Below, in pieces: positions 50,401 to 62,460 of a stretch of 64,000 bases of DNA; the stretch's first letter is position 1; each line of letters opens with the position of its first letter. The stretch is from Blepharisma stoltei ATCC 30299 (taxonomy: Eukaryota; Protista; Ciliophora): positions 62,001 through 126,000 of the forward strand of contig CBFDEM010000030.1 of NCBI GenBank assembly GCA_965603825.1, read 5' to 3'. Below the pieces are notes generated by a model. That model did not search any database and was not told the DNA's origin. It saw only the letters and a program-made list of their open reading frames with translations. The translations under genes and the position numbers were made by a program.

Positions 50401-53400
50401 TGATAATCGACTATCTGAAGTCAAATATACGAAACTTCCATAGTCTCCTTGATGGTCTTGAAATTGGGAATTTGTAATAGTGGCATTTGAAAGGGTTAAA
50501 TAAATTCCTGGAGTAATCCCATCAGCCTTATTATTGTATATTTCACAGTTATCAATTTTGATATTTGATGTAAGCGAATAAATTAAGCCTTCAGCTTGTG
50601 CATAGTTGTCATGCAATTTTGAGTTTATTAAACTACAATAGTCATCAGAACCTATAATATAGATCACTGAGCCTCTTTTACTGCAGGAATTATGGCTGAA
50701 CACTGAGTTTTCTATAGTAAAATAAGACATTTGGTCAAAATAAAGGACTCCTCCATTTTTCGCACTATTTTGATAAAAAGTGCATTTATTACAATAAAAA
50801 TATGAGTTTCCTTCAGCTCTGATTGCTCCTGCATATTTTGTTGAAGTATTATTAATAAACGAAGTAAGCTCACAATAAGCCGTAGAATTAGACGTTAAAT
50901 AGACAGTTCCATCCGCTATAGTTGAATTTGTTATAACTGATTCTGTGTCTTTCCAATAATCATTAACAAGATACACTGCAAGCCCTTCATTTTTTTGAAA
51001 AATACATTTAGCTGTTTCAACATAAGAATAAATTGCCATGTCATCTGTGCATATAACATTTTCTCCAGAATTATATGTAAAATTGCATAAAGTCATAATC
51101 ATTTTTGATTTTTCAGAGTTTAGCTCTGTTGAAGTTGCAAAATAGAAAGCAGACCCTAGTTCTGCATAATTAAAAGTGAACAAAGAGTTTGAGATATTAA
51201 GAATTCCATATTGAAATAAATTAGCAATAGTGCCTTTAGCTTGTGCAGAATTTTGGGTAAATGTGCAAGAGTCTATAATTGAATCTTCTGAAAGAATTAC
51301 ACTGTTTTCTATATATATAGCTGAGCCACTCAGAGCTGAATTACCTTTAAAAACAGTATCTGTTATTGATAAAGAGATAAGCTCTTGTGTTAACAAATTC
51401 CCTATTATATAAATCGCCCCTCCTTTTACGTTGAGACTTTGATTTTCTTTAAAAATTGAATTTTTTATGTCTAATATATGAGTGTCAGCTTCTGTATAAA
51501 CTGAAAAATAAAGAGTTCCGAGTCCTGAGATGGCCTTATTTGATTCAAATCTCACATTATTCAAAATCAACGAAGCACCTTTCAGACCAATTCCTGAACT
51601 ATAATTTGCAGTATTATTTGATATTATTGTGTTCATAACTGTTATATTTTTAGAGCTCTCAGAAAAAACCATAGCCCCAGCCCCTTGAGAATGGTTGTTT
51701 GTATTGTTATTAAATATTGAATTAGTAATCCACATATTTCCAGCAAGTGTAGATACTACGCAGATTCCTGAAGAAAGAGTTCCAACATTTCCTTCAAAAT
51801 TGCAGCCAGTAATATTGGCATTCTCCACTTGTGTATAAACCACAGCTGGACTTGACTCTTGACAAACATTATCTCTAAAACTGCTTTCTGATATTTCATA
51901 GTTATAACAAGATGTAGCTGACCATAAGGCAAGACAGTCAATACTAGCAGCGTTAGAAACAATGCTATTTATATATATATCGCTATCAGCTACATAATAA
52001 TTCCATAGAATTGTATTGATATTTTGAGTTTTCAAGCTTCCATTCGACTCTACCGTCAAATTATATATACGCATATTGACAAGCTGGGTTATATCAAAAA
52101 TCCCATTGCCTCCTGAGTAATTATTAATAATTATTGAATTTTTAAAAATAAATTCCCGCTTTTTAAATACTGCATCTACGTAATTTCCACTTGTGCTATT
52201 TATATAGAACTTTGTATCAGTTAGTATATCTGAGGAATAATACTGGTTGTTTATTAGTGCCAAAGGTCCAGATAAAACCCCATTTCCATTTATCACTAAA
52301 TTTTCTAGTAAAATTTTTTGCAGCTGACTCTTATAAGTAATTGTCAAAATTCCTGCATATTGCCCATAGTTATTTTCGAAAATAGTATCATGTATGTATA
52401 CATGATAAAGCAGTAAATCAATAAGTTCACTGTTAGAATTCGCATCATTTCTGAAGGTTAAAGTTGTGGGCAATAAATATATAAGCCCATAATTAGCTGC
52501 ATTTTTTTCAAAAACACAGTTAGATACTTCAATAGACCGAAATAAGGAAAGCTTTATTAAAGAATAAGTTGTAGATGTAATATAAGGATTATACACAATA
52601 TTGTTAACAAAAGTCACATTTTTCAGCTTGACAGTCCTAATTTTATCAGCACTTAAAAAACCTGAAAATTGGGCTGACCCATACTCATAGCCATTATTAA
52701 GTCTTGAGACAGTCCCATTTGTATACTCAAAGCTTCCACAGTTATAATTTTCATCCCCACAATCGAAAAAATAAATCATTGCATATTTACCATCCTGCTG
52801 AGCTTGCCCTGGGGGAGGCTGCATCTGTGGCACCCATGAGCATCGAATATTGTCAAAATTGACATTACTAAATGTAACATTGCCTCCATAGCTTGCTATT
52901 ATTGATTTTAATTCCATTCTTCAGGAAGTAAAATTTACGTTTTCTAATGATAATTTTGAGCCAAAATACATATCAAATAGAATTTTGTTATGATAAGTAT
53001 TGCATGCAGATGAAGAAAGAAAAGTAGATACTTTGACTCCTTGATCATTGTAGTAATATCCATCAGATTTTAATGTAATATTAGCACAATAGGAGCAATA
53101 AGGGTTTACTGATGAACAACTTGATAATATATCTTCCCCATTGAAAATAATATTTTTTATTGTTAAAGTTGTAATATTTGTTACTGTAAAAGTCTGAAAT
53201 TTGCTACCTGCTTTGGTTTTTAATAGAATTGCTGAGTCATCATAAGAGGAAATCAAGAGACTTGTTAGGTTATAGTTGCGATTTAAAGGATAGCAAACAT
53301 CAGATAATAATGTGCTTACAGGATTTGAAGAATTAACACAAGTCAAATAATGAACTCCATCATTTAAAAGGTAAATAATTGAATATTTCGTATAAATTGA

Positions 53401-54811
53401 CGCTAAAGCAAGGGAAAGAGACGCAAATGGATTGGAAAAAGTCCCATTTCCTTCATAAGCATCTGTGCTTGTCTTTGAAGTCACATAATAGACTGCAGGG
53501 TTTTCTTTTGTCGAGTAATCTTTGGGGATTAAACAGACTGGATAATTTCCAAGCAAGCTAATAGGCTCATGTCCTCCTGGGCACGAAGTAAGGCAATATC
53601 CATAAAACTGATACGTATTTGTATTACATTTAAAGCAATCTCCTAAGGTTTTAGAATTGCAAGATAAGCAATTAGTATCAGCACAAGTGTAGGACGAACA
53701 CATATTTCATGAGTTAATGCACTTAGCATATTTACAATTCGTATGGCATGAATTAGAATCAAGCAGTTCAGAAGTCAAGCAATTTGTTGTGTTTGTGCAG
53801 TTTACTGGGCTGACATTTATAGTAAGGTTTTTAGAAATAAAAGCATAATGCAAAGAAAATAAAACAAGATTTTGATTTTGGCATTGGCTTGTCTCACTAA
53901 TAGTATCATACAGGCAATAAGAATTCATACAAGAATCTTTGCATTGCCCATAACTTTCTATACCACAGCCTTCAGCGCAGCCACAGTCATAATTATCAAA
54001 ATGGCAGTCACTCATATTGCAAGCGCTATCACAAACCCCATCCCCAAGCATGTCCTTTAAACACCCAGGCGCACATTCCCCACAATCTCCTCCGTCATAA
54101 TCGCAAGCTGTATTATTACAACTTTTTTCACAGATTCCATTATTTTTCATATAAGAAAGGCAGCCTTGAGAGCAATCACAGTCTCCTCCATCTCAATTGC
54201 AAGCTTCATTATTACATTCTTCATTACAATTATTGTCTCCTATCATCCAGCCTTCGCAATCTGTATTGCATTGATTATTATTGCAATCTCCAAAATCATA
54301 ATTACATAAGGCAACATTACAAGATTTATCACAAATACCGTCTCCAAGCATTTCACTATCACAGCCAGGAGAGCATTCCTGACAAGACCCTAATCCATAA
54401 TAACAATTTTGCGTATTACAAGGCTCAGCACATTTTAAATTTAGATCATCTTGAAAACCTATAATAAATTTTACAGTCAGAGTCGCAATACCCACAATCT
54501 CCAAAATCATAGCCACAAATAGGGTTATTGCAGTTTTGGTCACAAATCCCATTACCAAGATCAGAAAGCAAACATGAATAATTTCCAATGCACGTTTCAA
54601 AACAGTCAGAGCTTTCAGGATTTAATATTGGATTGGAAGAGGAATTTGAATCAAAATTGCAAAACGAAACCATGCAATTTGGGTCACAGTTCTTATTTCC
54701 TTTCTAAGTAAAAATTACTGATGATGGAGGACACCAGGATGGATTACACAAGAAATTCGTCATCAAGGAAAATGAAGGCAATAACAAGCAGTAAAATAGC
54801 CTGAAGTTCAT
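47458..54811 (-). CDS. LNR-repeat / beta-helix / multi-TM receptor-like protein, copy 5 (inverted, sister of copy 1), ~2440 aa
   Basis: ATG 54811, introns 54704-54718 and 54459-54474. Reads through TGA 47482-47484 (CEWTEFAQDL*) to TAA 47458-47460. The spliced length is divisible by 3. Confidence 0.9.
54459..54474 (-). other. 16-nt intron 2 of receptor copy 5 (GTAAAATTTATTATAG)
   Basis: Required for the frame; differs from intron 2 of copy 1 at one base. Confidence 0.9.
54704..54718 (-). other. 15-nt intron 1 of receptor copy 5 (GTAATTTTTACTTAG)
   Basis: Conserved position after codon 31, A10. Confidence 0.9.
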
Positions 54812-55574
54812 AATTATAATAATAGACATAAGATTGCATATATAATTGGTCTATAAAAAATGATTTTACCGATTAATTTGGAAGCCGACTATAAATTAAT
54901 TTTAGAATTCCAATAATTTAGTAATTCAATGCTTCGAAATAATTTCTCACCTATCATAAAAAATTTGGGTCAAAATTCCAAAAATATATTCTAATGAATT
55001 AGAAAGGTTTTAAATATAGCCAGAATTGAATTTATTAGTTGGCTTTTACCATAATATTCAGCAATTAAGCTAACAAATGCTAATATAGGTTTGAATTTTT
55101 TGGCTAAATATGAATAGCAGAAAATAGCTTGTATTCTATCCTTTAGAGCCTGCCTAGCTATATTAAGATACTATCTAATAAATATAATTTTTATTTAATA
55201 ATTTGCTGCTTGCTTAAACTAATAGATAAACTAAATCTGTCTAGTCAATTTAGAGTTAAAAATATATAAATTTAATTATTTTGTTTTCTATTTTGGTAGA
55301 ATGCAATTATAATGCATTGTTATAATTAATTTAATTTGCAAACCAGTTATTTTTATTTAAAGCAAGCTTTCCTATAAAAATAAAAAAAAGTAACTCAGGA
55401 CTTTTAAAATTTTTTATTGTAAAGAAACATATTTCTATGCTAATATAAACCCCATTGCTATATTTTTCAGCCAATATCTTATATTTTTACTTTTCTTTAT
55501 ATATATGATTTTAAGGCTTTATAATAATTAAGAACTTATTTAAGTTTTTGGAAAGTTTCAGATGCTATAAGATT

Positions 55575-56120
55575 TTAATATTTTATTGGTAAAATTGATC
55601 TAAGCCAATCTAATCCTTCATAAATTCCTTCTCCAGCAATAGCACATGCTGCTTGAATGAGCAAAGGTCTTCCTCTAATAGAATGGAGATCCAATTTATT
55701 AGCTATTTCTAAAACTGTCATTGCATGTGGTAAATCTTGCTTGTTTGCAAAGACTAGCAAAGGAATACCCTTAATCAACTCATTCTCAAGCATTTCATGA
55801 AGCACTTCAGTAGCTTCTTCAACTCTTTCTCGATCAGGTGAGTCAACGATAAAAATAACAGCTTCTGTGTCTTTATAGTAGGAATGCCATAAATCTCTTA
55901 ATTTCAATTGGCCATCAATATCTCAGATTTGAAAATTATATTTTCGATTGAGGTCTTTTTCAACACTAAAGCCAATTGTTGGAATTGAGGATAATACTTC
56001 AACAAGCTTAAGCTTGTAAAGCATGGTTGTTCTTCCAGATGCATCAAGCCCAAGAATTAAAATTCGTCTCCCTTTATCACTATACAGAATCTGTCAGATT
56101 TTGGAGTAAAATGATCCCAT
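55575..56120 (-). CDS. ADP-ribosylation factor (ARF) family small GTPase, divergent, 181 aa
   Basis: MG N-terminus and motifs [22 protein letters not shown](TGA)[14 protein letters not shown] and [15 protein letters not shown]. Confidence 0.92.
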
Positions 56121-56550
56121 TTTTAAAAATAATATAATCTTTTGGAAAGTTTTAGATAATTAGTTAAGAATTGAACTTAATCTGCTATTCATTAAGAAAT
56201 TTAGGCCTTGGTAGCTTTGAAAATATTATTTGCATTCTAAAATTTAAGATTAAATTAATTGAAATAGGGAAATGAGATGTGTCTAATATTAATTTAGTCT
56301 AATAAAAGGGCACTTCTATCAGCCAAAATATTGCAAATTTATAAGGAATAAGTATTAGCATCAAAATATGGATATACACAATATTACCTACAAAAGTCAC
56401 ATTTTCAGCTTTACAAGTCTGATTTTATCTGCCCTTAAAATTTCTTAAAAGTTGTACTGGCCCATTAAATGTTTTAACTTACTAATATATGCTTAGTCCT
56501 AGTAGATTAAGCTTCCATCAAGTGCATTCCTAGATATGAGTTTTATAATA

Positions 56551-58899
56551 ATGTCACGTCTGTGCTTTAAGAAAGGCTGTGAACTCGAAGTTCAGTATAT
56601 ATGCCAAACTTACTCTGCAGAAATCTACTCTTGCAAATTGCATCTTGAAGAGCTACTTAAATTACCCAATCGAGATCATATGATAGATTCTATTCTCATG
56701 GAGCATTGTGAATGAACTAAAGATGCAGTTCTTGAGTATCTTGAAAAAGAAAAGTCTAAGAAAGAGTATTTGAAGGAAGTATTCTTTGCTACTTTTAGAA
56801 AAGAACTTCACAGAAAAGGTATTGAAGAAATGCTAAGAAAGCTGGATTCAGATTTGGAAGAATTTAAAAGTTTAATCGAAAAGACAGTTCTAGCTGAAAG
56901 CTCAGATCTATTCAGTAGCGTCAGGCAATTTTGCGAATTGAGCAAGCTAAGAACTAAAATATCTGCTCTCTTAGCCAGACCTAATAGTGCAAAAGCAGAA
57001 AAAGATTTTAGGAGTACGGTCTCCGTTTATGAAAATAAGACTCTTGATCCATTAATTGCCCAAGCTTATCAAGAATACGTCAAAGTTTACCATCAAGCCA
57101 CATCTCTTTATCGAGTTACTCCAGACGATGATGGAAAAAATATGTTGCTGATTTATGACACTGAAAATGAGAAAGAAGAAGAAAAAGAGTTAAAAATTCC
57201 ATTAAAATTAAATTCTGTAAAAACGATTACTCAACTACCAAATGGCGAGTTATTTTGTTTTTCTGAATCAAATCCAGTTATAATTGACAAAAAATATGGG
57301 TTCCGAGTCCTACCAGCTGGAGATCCTAATCTCGAAATAGCTATATATTTCGATAGAAGCGTCTATTGTTTTGAAAGAGGAGATAGGGGAGGAGGATGCG
57401 ATGATCCTGGAGTTATGAGCAGTAGATTTGATTTTGATTTAAATCGTTGAAGTAAAATAAATCCGATACCAAGGATGGACGAGAAATATCATGGAGTATT
57501 ATTTAATGGGAATATTGTGATTTCTGGATATTGAGATACAGATCTTAAGCTATATTCTATTGGAATCGATTCTTGATCAAATATTAATTATGAATTTGGG
57601 CTTCATAAAAGAAAGATCCTAGTAGATTCAAATGAGAGACTATATGTTATTGAATGTGGTGGATTTATCTATGAAAGTGAAGTTGGAGATATGTATACTT
57701 GGCATTGGTTAGTAAAATCAATAATTGCAGGATTTTACTCAAGTATTCATTGTTCATATAATAAAGGAGGATTTTATATTTTAACTTCTTCTGTATCTGA
57801 TAGAGAATATTGCAAATTTAATTTAGATCAAAAAGAACTTATCGAGCTTTCTTACTATAATAAACATGTGGCTTTAAGAAGGGAAGGTAAAATACTTGAA
57901 GTAATTGAATGCCCTAATCAAAACTTTAAGCTCGACCCTAATGATGTAGTTCTTTACAATAATAACGGATGCTCTCTTAATTGTTTAGGACAAAACCTCG
58001 AGGAAATTGAGCGTTTTAATGAAAGTATCAAACTCAACCCTATCAAGCCTCAAACTTACGATTATAAAGGCAAAGCTCTTTGTGCCATCGGAAGAAATCT
58101 TGAAGCAATAGAGTGCTATGACACGGCAATCAGACTAAGCCCTGGATATTACAATCTTTACAATAATAAAGGACTTGCTCTTTATACTATAGGAAGAAAT
58201 CTTGAAGCAATAGAATGCTACAACAAAGCGATTAAGCTTTATTCTTATGATCCAAATGTTTATTTTAATAAAGGTTGTGCACTTCAGGATTTAGAAAACT
58301 ATCTCGAAGCACTAGAGTGCTATGACGAATCAATCAGATGTGATAAAAGGAGGCATATTTATGTTAGTGGAATTTCTATGTATTTTGATAGTAAAGGCAA
58401 AACTCTTTACGCTTTAGGAAGAAATGTTGAAGCAATACAGAGTTATGACGAAGCACTCAATCATAATTTTTGAAATGCTGATATTCATGACAATAAAGGC
58501 AAAGCCCTTCATGCTTTAGGAAGAAACTCTGAAGCATTAGAATGCTTTGATCAAGCAATTAAAATTGATTTTTATTGTGATTCTGCTTACAGAAACAAAG
58601 GCAATGTTCTTGAGGATGAGGAAAAATATATTGAAGCAATTTATTTCTATGATGAAGCAATCAAAATTAAACCAAATGATATTTTGTATCTCTGCAGCCG
58701 TGCTAGAGCACTTAAGAAGCAAGGCTTGGAAGCAGAGGCTCTACAGGATTTTAATAGGGCTTGTGAATTGATTCAAGAAAGCAGGACAAGTGGGATTTTT
58801 ACACGCAATCAATGAGACGTTAATGAAAGAAATTTTATTAAGGATGAATTAGAAATCGATCGTATCGAGTTACTTCAAAAACTGCAGAAAAGTCAATAG
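56551..58899 (+). CDS. Degenerate Zn-finger / coiled-coil / Kelch-like propeller / TPR protein, copy A, ~782 aa
   Basis: One frame from ATG 56551 (alternative 56536) to TAG 58897-58899 with TGA=Trp. TPR consensus YNNKG.AL..IGRNLEAIECYD.AI.L.P. Confidence 0.85.
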
Positions 58900-59304
58900 A
58901 ATTTCAAAATATAAAAACGATTATCCAGAGCTGATGAAAGAGGCTGAGGAGGCAATTAATTAAAAGTAAACTAATCGAAAATTGTTAGAGAGGATCGCCA
59001 AGATAATATAATAATAAATAGATTTAATAATATTAAAAGAGGCCTTTGAAATAATGAAGTAGCACCATAATTGCTGATATATAATGATTTATGAACCAAA
59101 AAGCAATATAATTCTAATTTAAAAGAGAGTAGTAAGCTAAAATATATCAATAATATATGCTCAGATATTCATGGTTAAATCAGCCGCTTTATTTAGTAAA
59201 CTTAAAGTTCAGTTGGAGCATTTTTCTACAAGAGCAGTAAAATAGCTTAAATTGTATAATTATGATTTAGGTACATGGATAAACATAGAATAATAAATTT
59301 TCTT

Positions 59305-59360
59305 TATAGAAATTGCCCGAGGATAGCGCTATTTTGCGCCATCCTCGGGCAATTTCTATA
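59305..59360. mobile_element. 56-bp TA-bounded palindromic element with perfect 20-bp terminal inverted repeats (IES/MITE-like)
   Basis: TATAGAAATTGCCCGAGGAT-AGCGCTATTTTGCGCC-ATCCTCGGGCAATTTCTATA. It is absent at the homologous site of the next spacer (~62353-62361). Confidence 0.6.
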
Positions 59361-59459
59361 TATACACAGATCAGATCTTGTTTTAACTGACTAACATATG
59401 CTTAGTCCTAGTAGATTAAGCTTCCATCAAGCACACTCATAGATATGAGTCTAATAATA

Positions 59460-61946
59460 ATGTCACGTCTGTGTTTTAAGAAAGGCTGTGAACTCGAAGT
59501 TCAGTATATATGCCAAACTTTCTCTGCAGAAATCTACTCTTGCAAATTGCATCTTGAAGAGCTACTTAAATTACCCAATCGAGATCATATGATAGATTCT
59601 ATTCTCATAGACCATTATGAATGAACTAAAGATGCAGTTCTTGAGTATCTTGAAAAAGAAAAGTCTAAGAAAGAGTATTTGAAGGAGGTATTCTTTAATA
59701 CTTTTAGAAAAGAACTTCACAGAAAAGGTATTGAAGAGACGCTAAGAAAACTAGATTCAGATTTGGAAGAATTTAAAAGGTTAATTGAAAAAACCGTTCA
59801 AGCTGATAACTCAGACCTGTTCAGTAGCGTTAAGCAATTTTGCGAATTGAGCAAGCTAAGAACTAAAATATCTGCTGTCTTAGCCAGGCCTAACAGTGCA
59901 CAAGCAGAAAAAGATTTTAGGAGAACGGTCTCCGTTTATGAAAATAAGACTCTTGACCCATTAATTGCACAAGCTTATCAAGAATACGTCAAAGTTTACC
60001 ATCAAGCCACATCTCTTTATCGAGTTACTTCAAATGATGATGGAAAAAATAGTTTGCTTATTTATGACACTGAAAATGAGAAAGAAGAAGAAAAAGAGTT
60101 AAAAATTCCATTAAAATTAAATTCTGAAAAAATGATTACAAAACTACCAAATGGCGAGTTATTTTGTTTTTCTGAATCAAATCCAGTTATAATTGACAAA
60201 AATTATGAGTTCCGAGTCCTTCCAGCTGGAGATCCCAATTTCGAAATCGCTATTTATTTTGACAGAAACGTCTATTGTTTTGGGCCAGAGAATGATTTTG
60301 GAGGCCGGTGCAGTAGATTTGATATGGATTTATATTGTTGAAGGAAAATAAATCCGACTGTAGGGGAAGATTCTAGATATCATGGAGTATTATTTAATGG
60401 TAATATTGTGATTTCTGGATATTGATACAGAAATCTTAAGCTATATGCAGTTGGAATCGACTCTTGGTCAAACATTGATTATAAATTTGGGAATGCTAAA
60501 ATAAAGACCATGATAAATGCAAATGATGAGAGACTATATGTTATTGAGACTCGTGGGTCTATTTATGAAAGTGAATTTGGAAATGAGTATAGTTGGCAGC
60601 GCTTAGCAAAATCAATTATTACCGGAAATTACAATTGCATTACTTGCTCATATAATAAAGGAGGATTTTACATCTTAAATAGCATATGATCTTGTAGAGA
60701 ATATTGCAAATTTAATTTAGATCAAAAAGTGTTTATTGAGCTCGCTTACTATGATAAACATGTAGCTTTTAGAAGGGTAGGTAAAATACTTGAAGCAATT
60801 GAATGCTCTAACCAAAATTTTAGCATTGACCCTAACGATGTGCTTCTTTACAACAATAAAGAGTACTCTCTTTATTATTTAGGAATAAACCTCGAAAAAA
60901 TAGAGCTCTATAATGAAGAAATCGAATTCAATGCTGAAACTTACAATAATAAAGGCAAAGCCCTTTATGCGATTGGAAAAAATCTTGAAGCAATAGAGTG
61001 CTATGACCAAGCAATCAGACTAAGCCCTAGCGATTTTAATATTTATGATAATAAAGGACTTGCTCTTCATGCTATGGGAAAAAATCTTGAGGCAATAGAA
61101 TGCTACGATTATAAAGGCAAAGCTCTTTGTGCCATCGGAAGAAATCTTGAAGCAATAGAGTGTTATGACCAAGCAATCAGACTAAGCCCTGGATATTACA
61201 ATCTTTACAATAATAAAGGACTTGCTCTTTATACTATAGGAAGAAATCTTGAAGCAATAGAATGCTACAACAAAGCGATTAAGCTTTATTCTTATGATCC
61301 AAATGTTTATTTTAATAAAGGTTGTGCACTTCAGGATTTAGAAAACTATCTCGAAGCACTAGAGTGCTATGACGAATCAATCAGACGTGATAAAAGGAAG
61401 CATGTTTCTGTCAGTGGAATCTCTGTGTATGCTAATAGTAAAGGCAAAACTCTTTATGCTTTAGGAAGAAATGTTGAAGCAATACAGAATTATGACGAAG
61501 CACTCAATCATAATTTTTGAAATGCTGATATTCATGACAATAAAGGCAAAGCCCTTCATGCTTTAGGAAGAAACTCTGAAGCATTAGAATGCTTTGATCA
61601 AGCAATTAAAATTGATTTTTATTGTGATTCTGCTTACAGAAACAAAGGCAATGTTCTTAAGGATGCGGGAAAATATCTTGAAGCAATTTATTCCTATAAT
61701 GAAGCAATCAAAATTAAACCAAATGATATTTTGTATCTCTGCAGCCGTGCTAGAGCACTTAAGAAACAAGGGTGGGAAGCAGAGGCTCTACAGGATTTTA
61801 ATAGGGCTTGTGAATTGATTCAAGAAAGCAGGACAAGTGGGATTTTTACACGCAATCAATGAGACGTTAATGAAAGAAATTTTATTAAGGATGAATTAGA
61901 AATCGATCGTATCGAGTTACTTCAAAAACTGCAGAAAAGTCAATAG
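59460..61946 (+). CDS. Zn-finger / propeller / TPR protein, copy B, ~828 aa
   Basis: One frame from ATG 59460 (alternative 59445) to TAG 61944-61946. It has extra TPR sequence relative to copy A. Confidence 0.85.
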
Positions 61947-62460
61947 AATTTCAAAATATAAAAACGATTATCCAGAGCTGATAAAAGAGGCTGAGGAGGC
62001 GATTAATTAAAAGTAAACTAATCGAAAATTGTTAGAGAGGATCGCCAAGATAATATAATAATAAATAGATTTAATAATATTAAAAGAGGCTTTTGAAATA
62101 ATGAAGTAGTACGATAATTGACGATATCTAATGATTTATAATAAAAAAAGCAATATAATTCTAATTTAAAAGAGAGTAGTAAGCTAAAATATATCAATAA
62201 TATATGCTCAGATATTCATGGTTAAATCAGTCGCTTTATTTAGTCAACTTAAATTTCAGTCAGAGCATTTTTCTACAAGAGCAGTAAAATAGCTTAAATT
62301 TTATAATTATTATTTAGGTACATGGATAAACATAGAATAATAAATTTTCTTTAAAAAAAGTTATACACAGATCAGATCCTGTTTTAACTTACAAATATAT
62401 GCTTAATCCTAGTAGATTAAGCTTCCATCAAGCGCATTCCTAGATATGAGTCTAATAATA

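Noticed and set aside
9927-54811. Reading the many TGA-broken ORFs as pseudogenes or as operons of small genes
   Set aside because: Fragments stay in one frame for more than 7 kb, breaks are TGA only (apart from introns), and TGA alternates with TGG between paralogs.
57950-58760. Regularly spaced ~102-bp nucleotide repeats that could be mistaken for a CRISPR-like array
   Set aside because: They are coding 34-aa TPR repeats inside an open frame of a eukaryotic gene.
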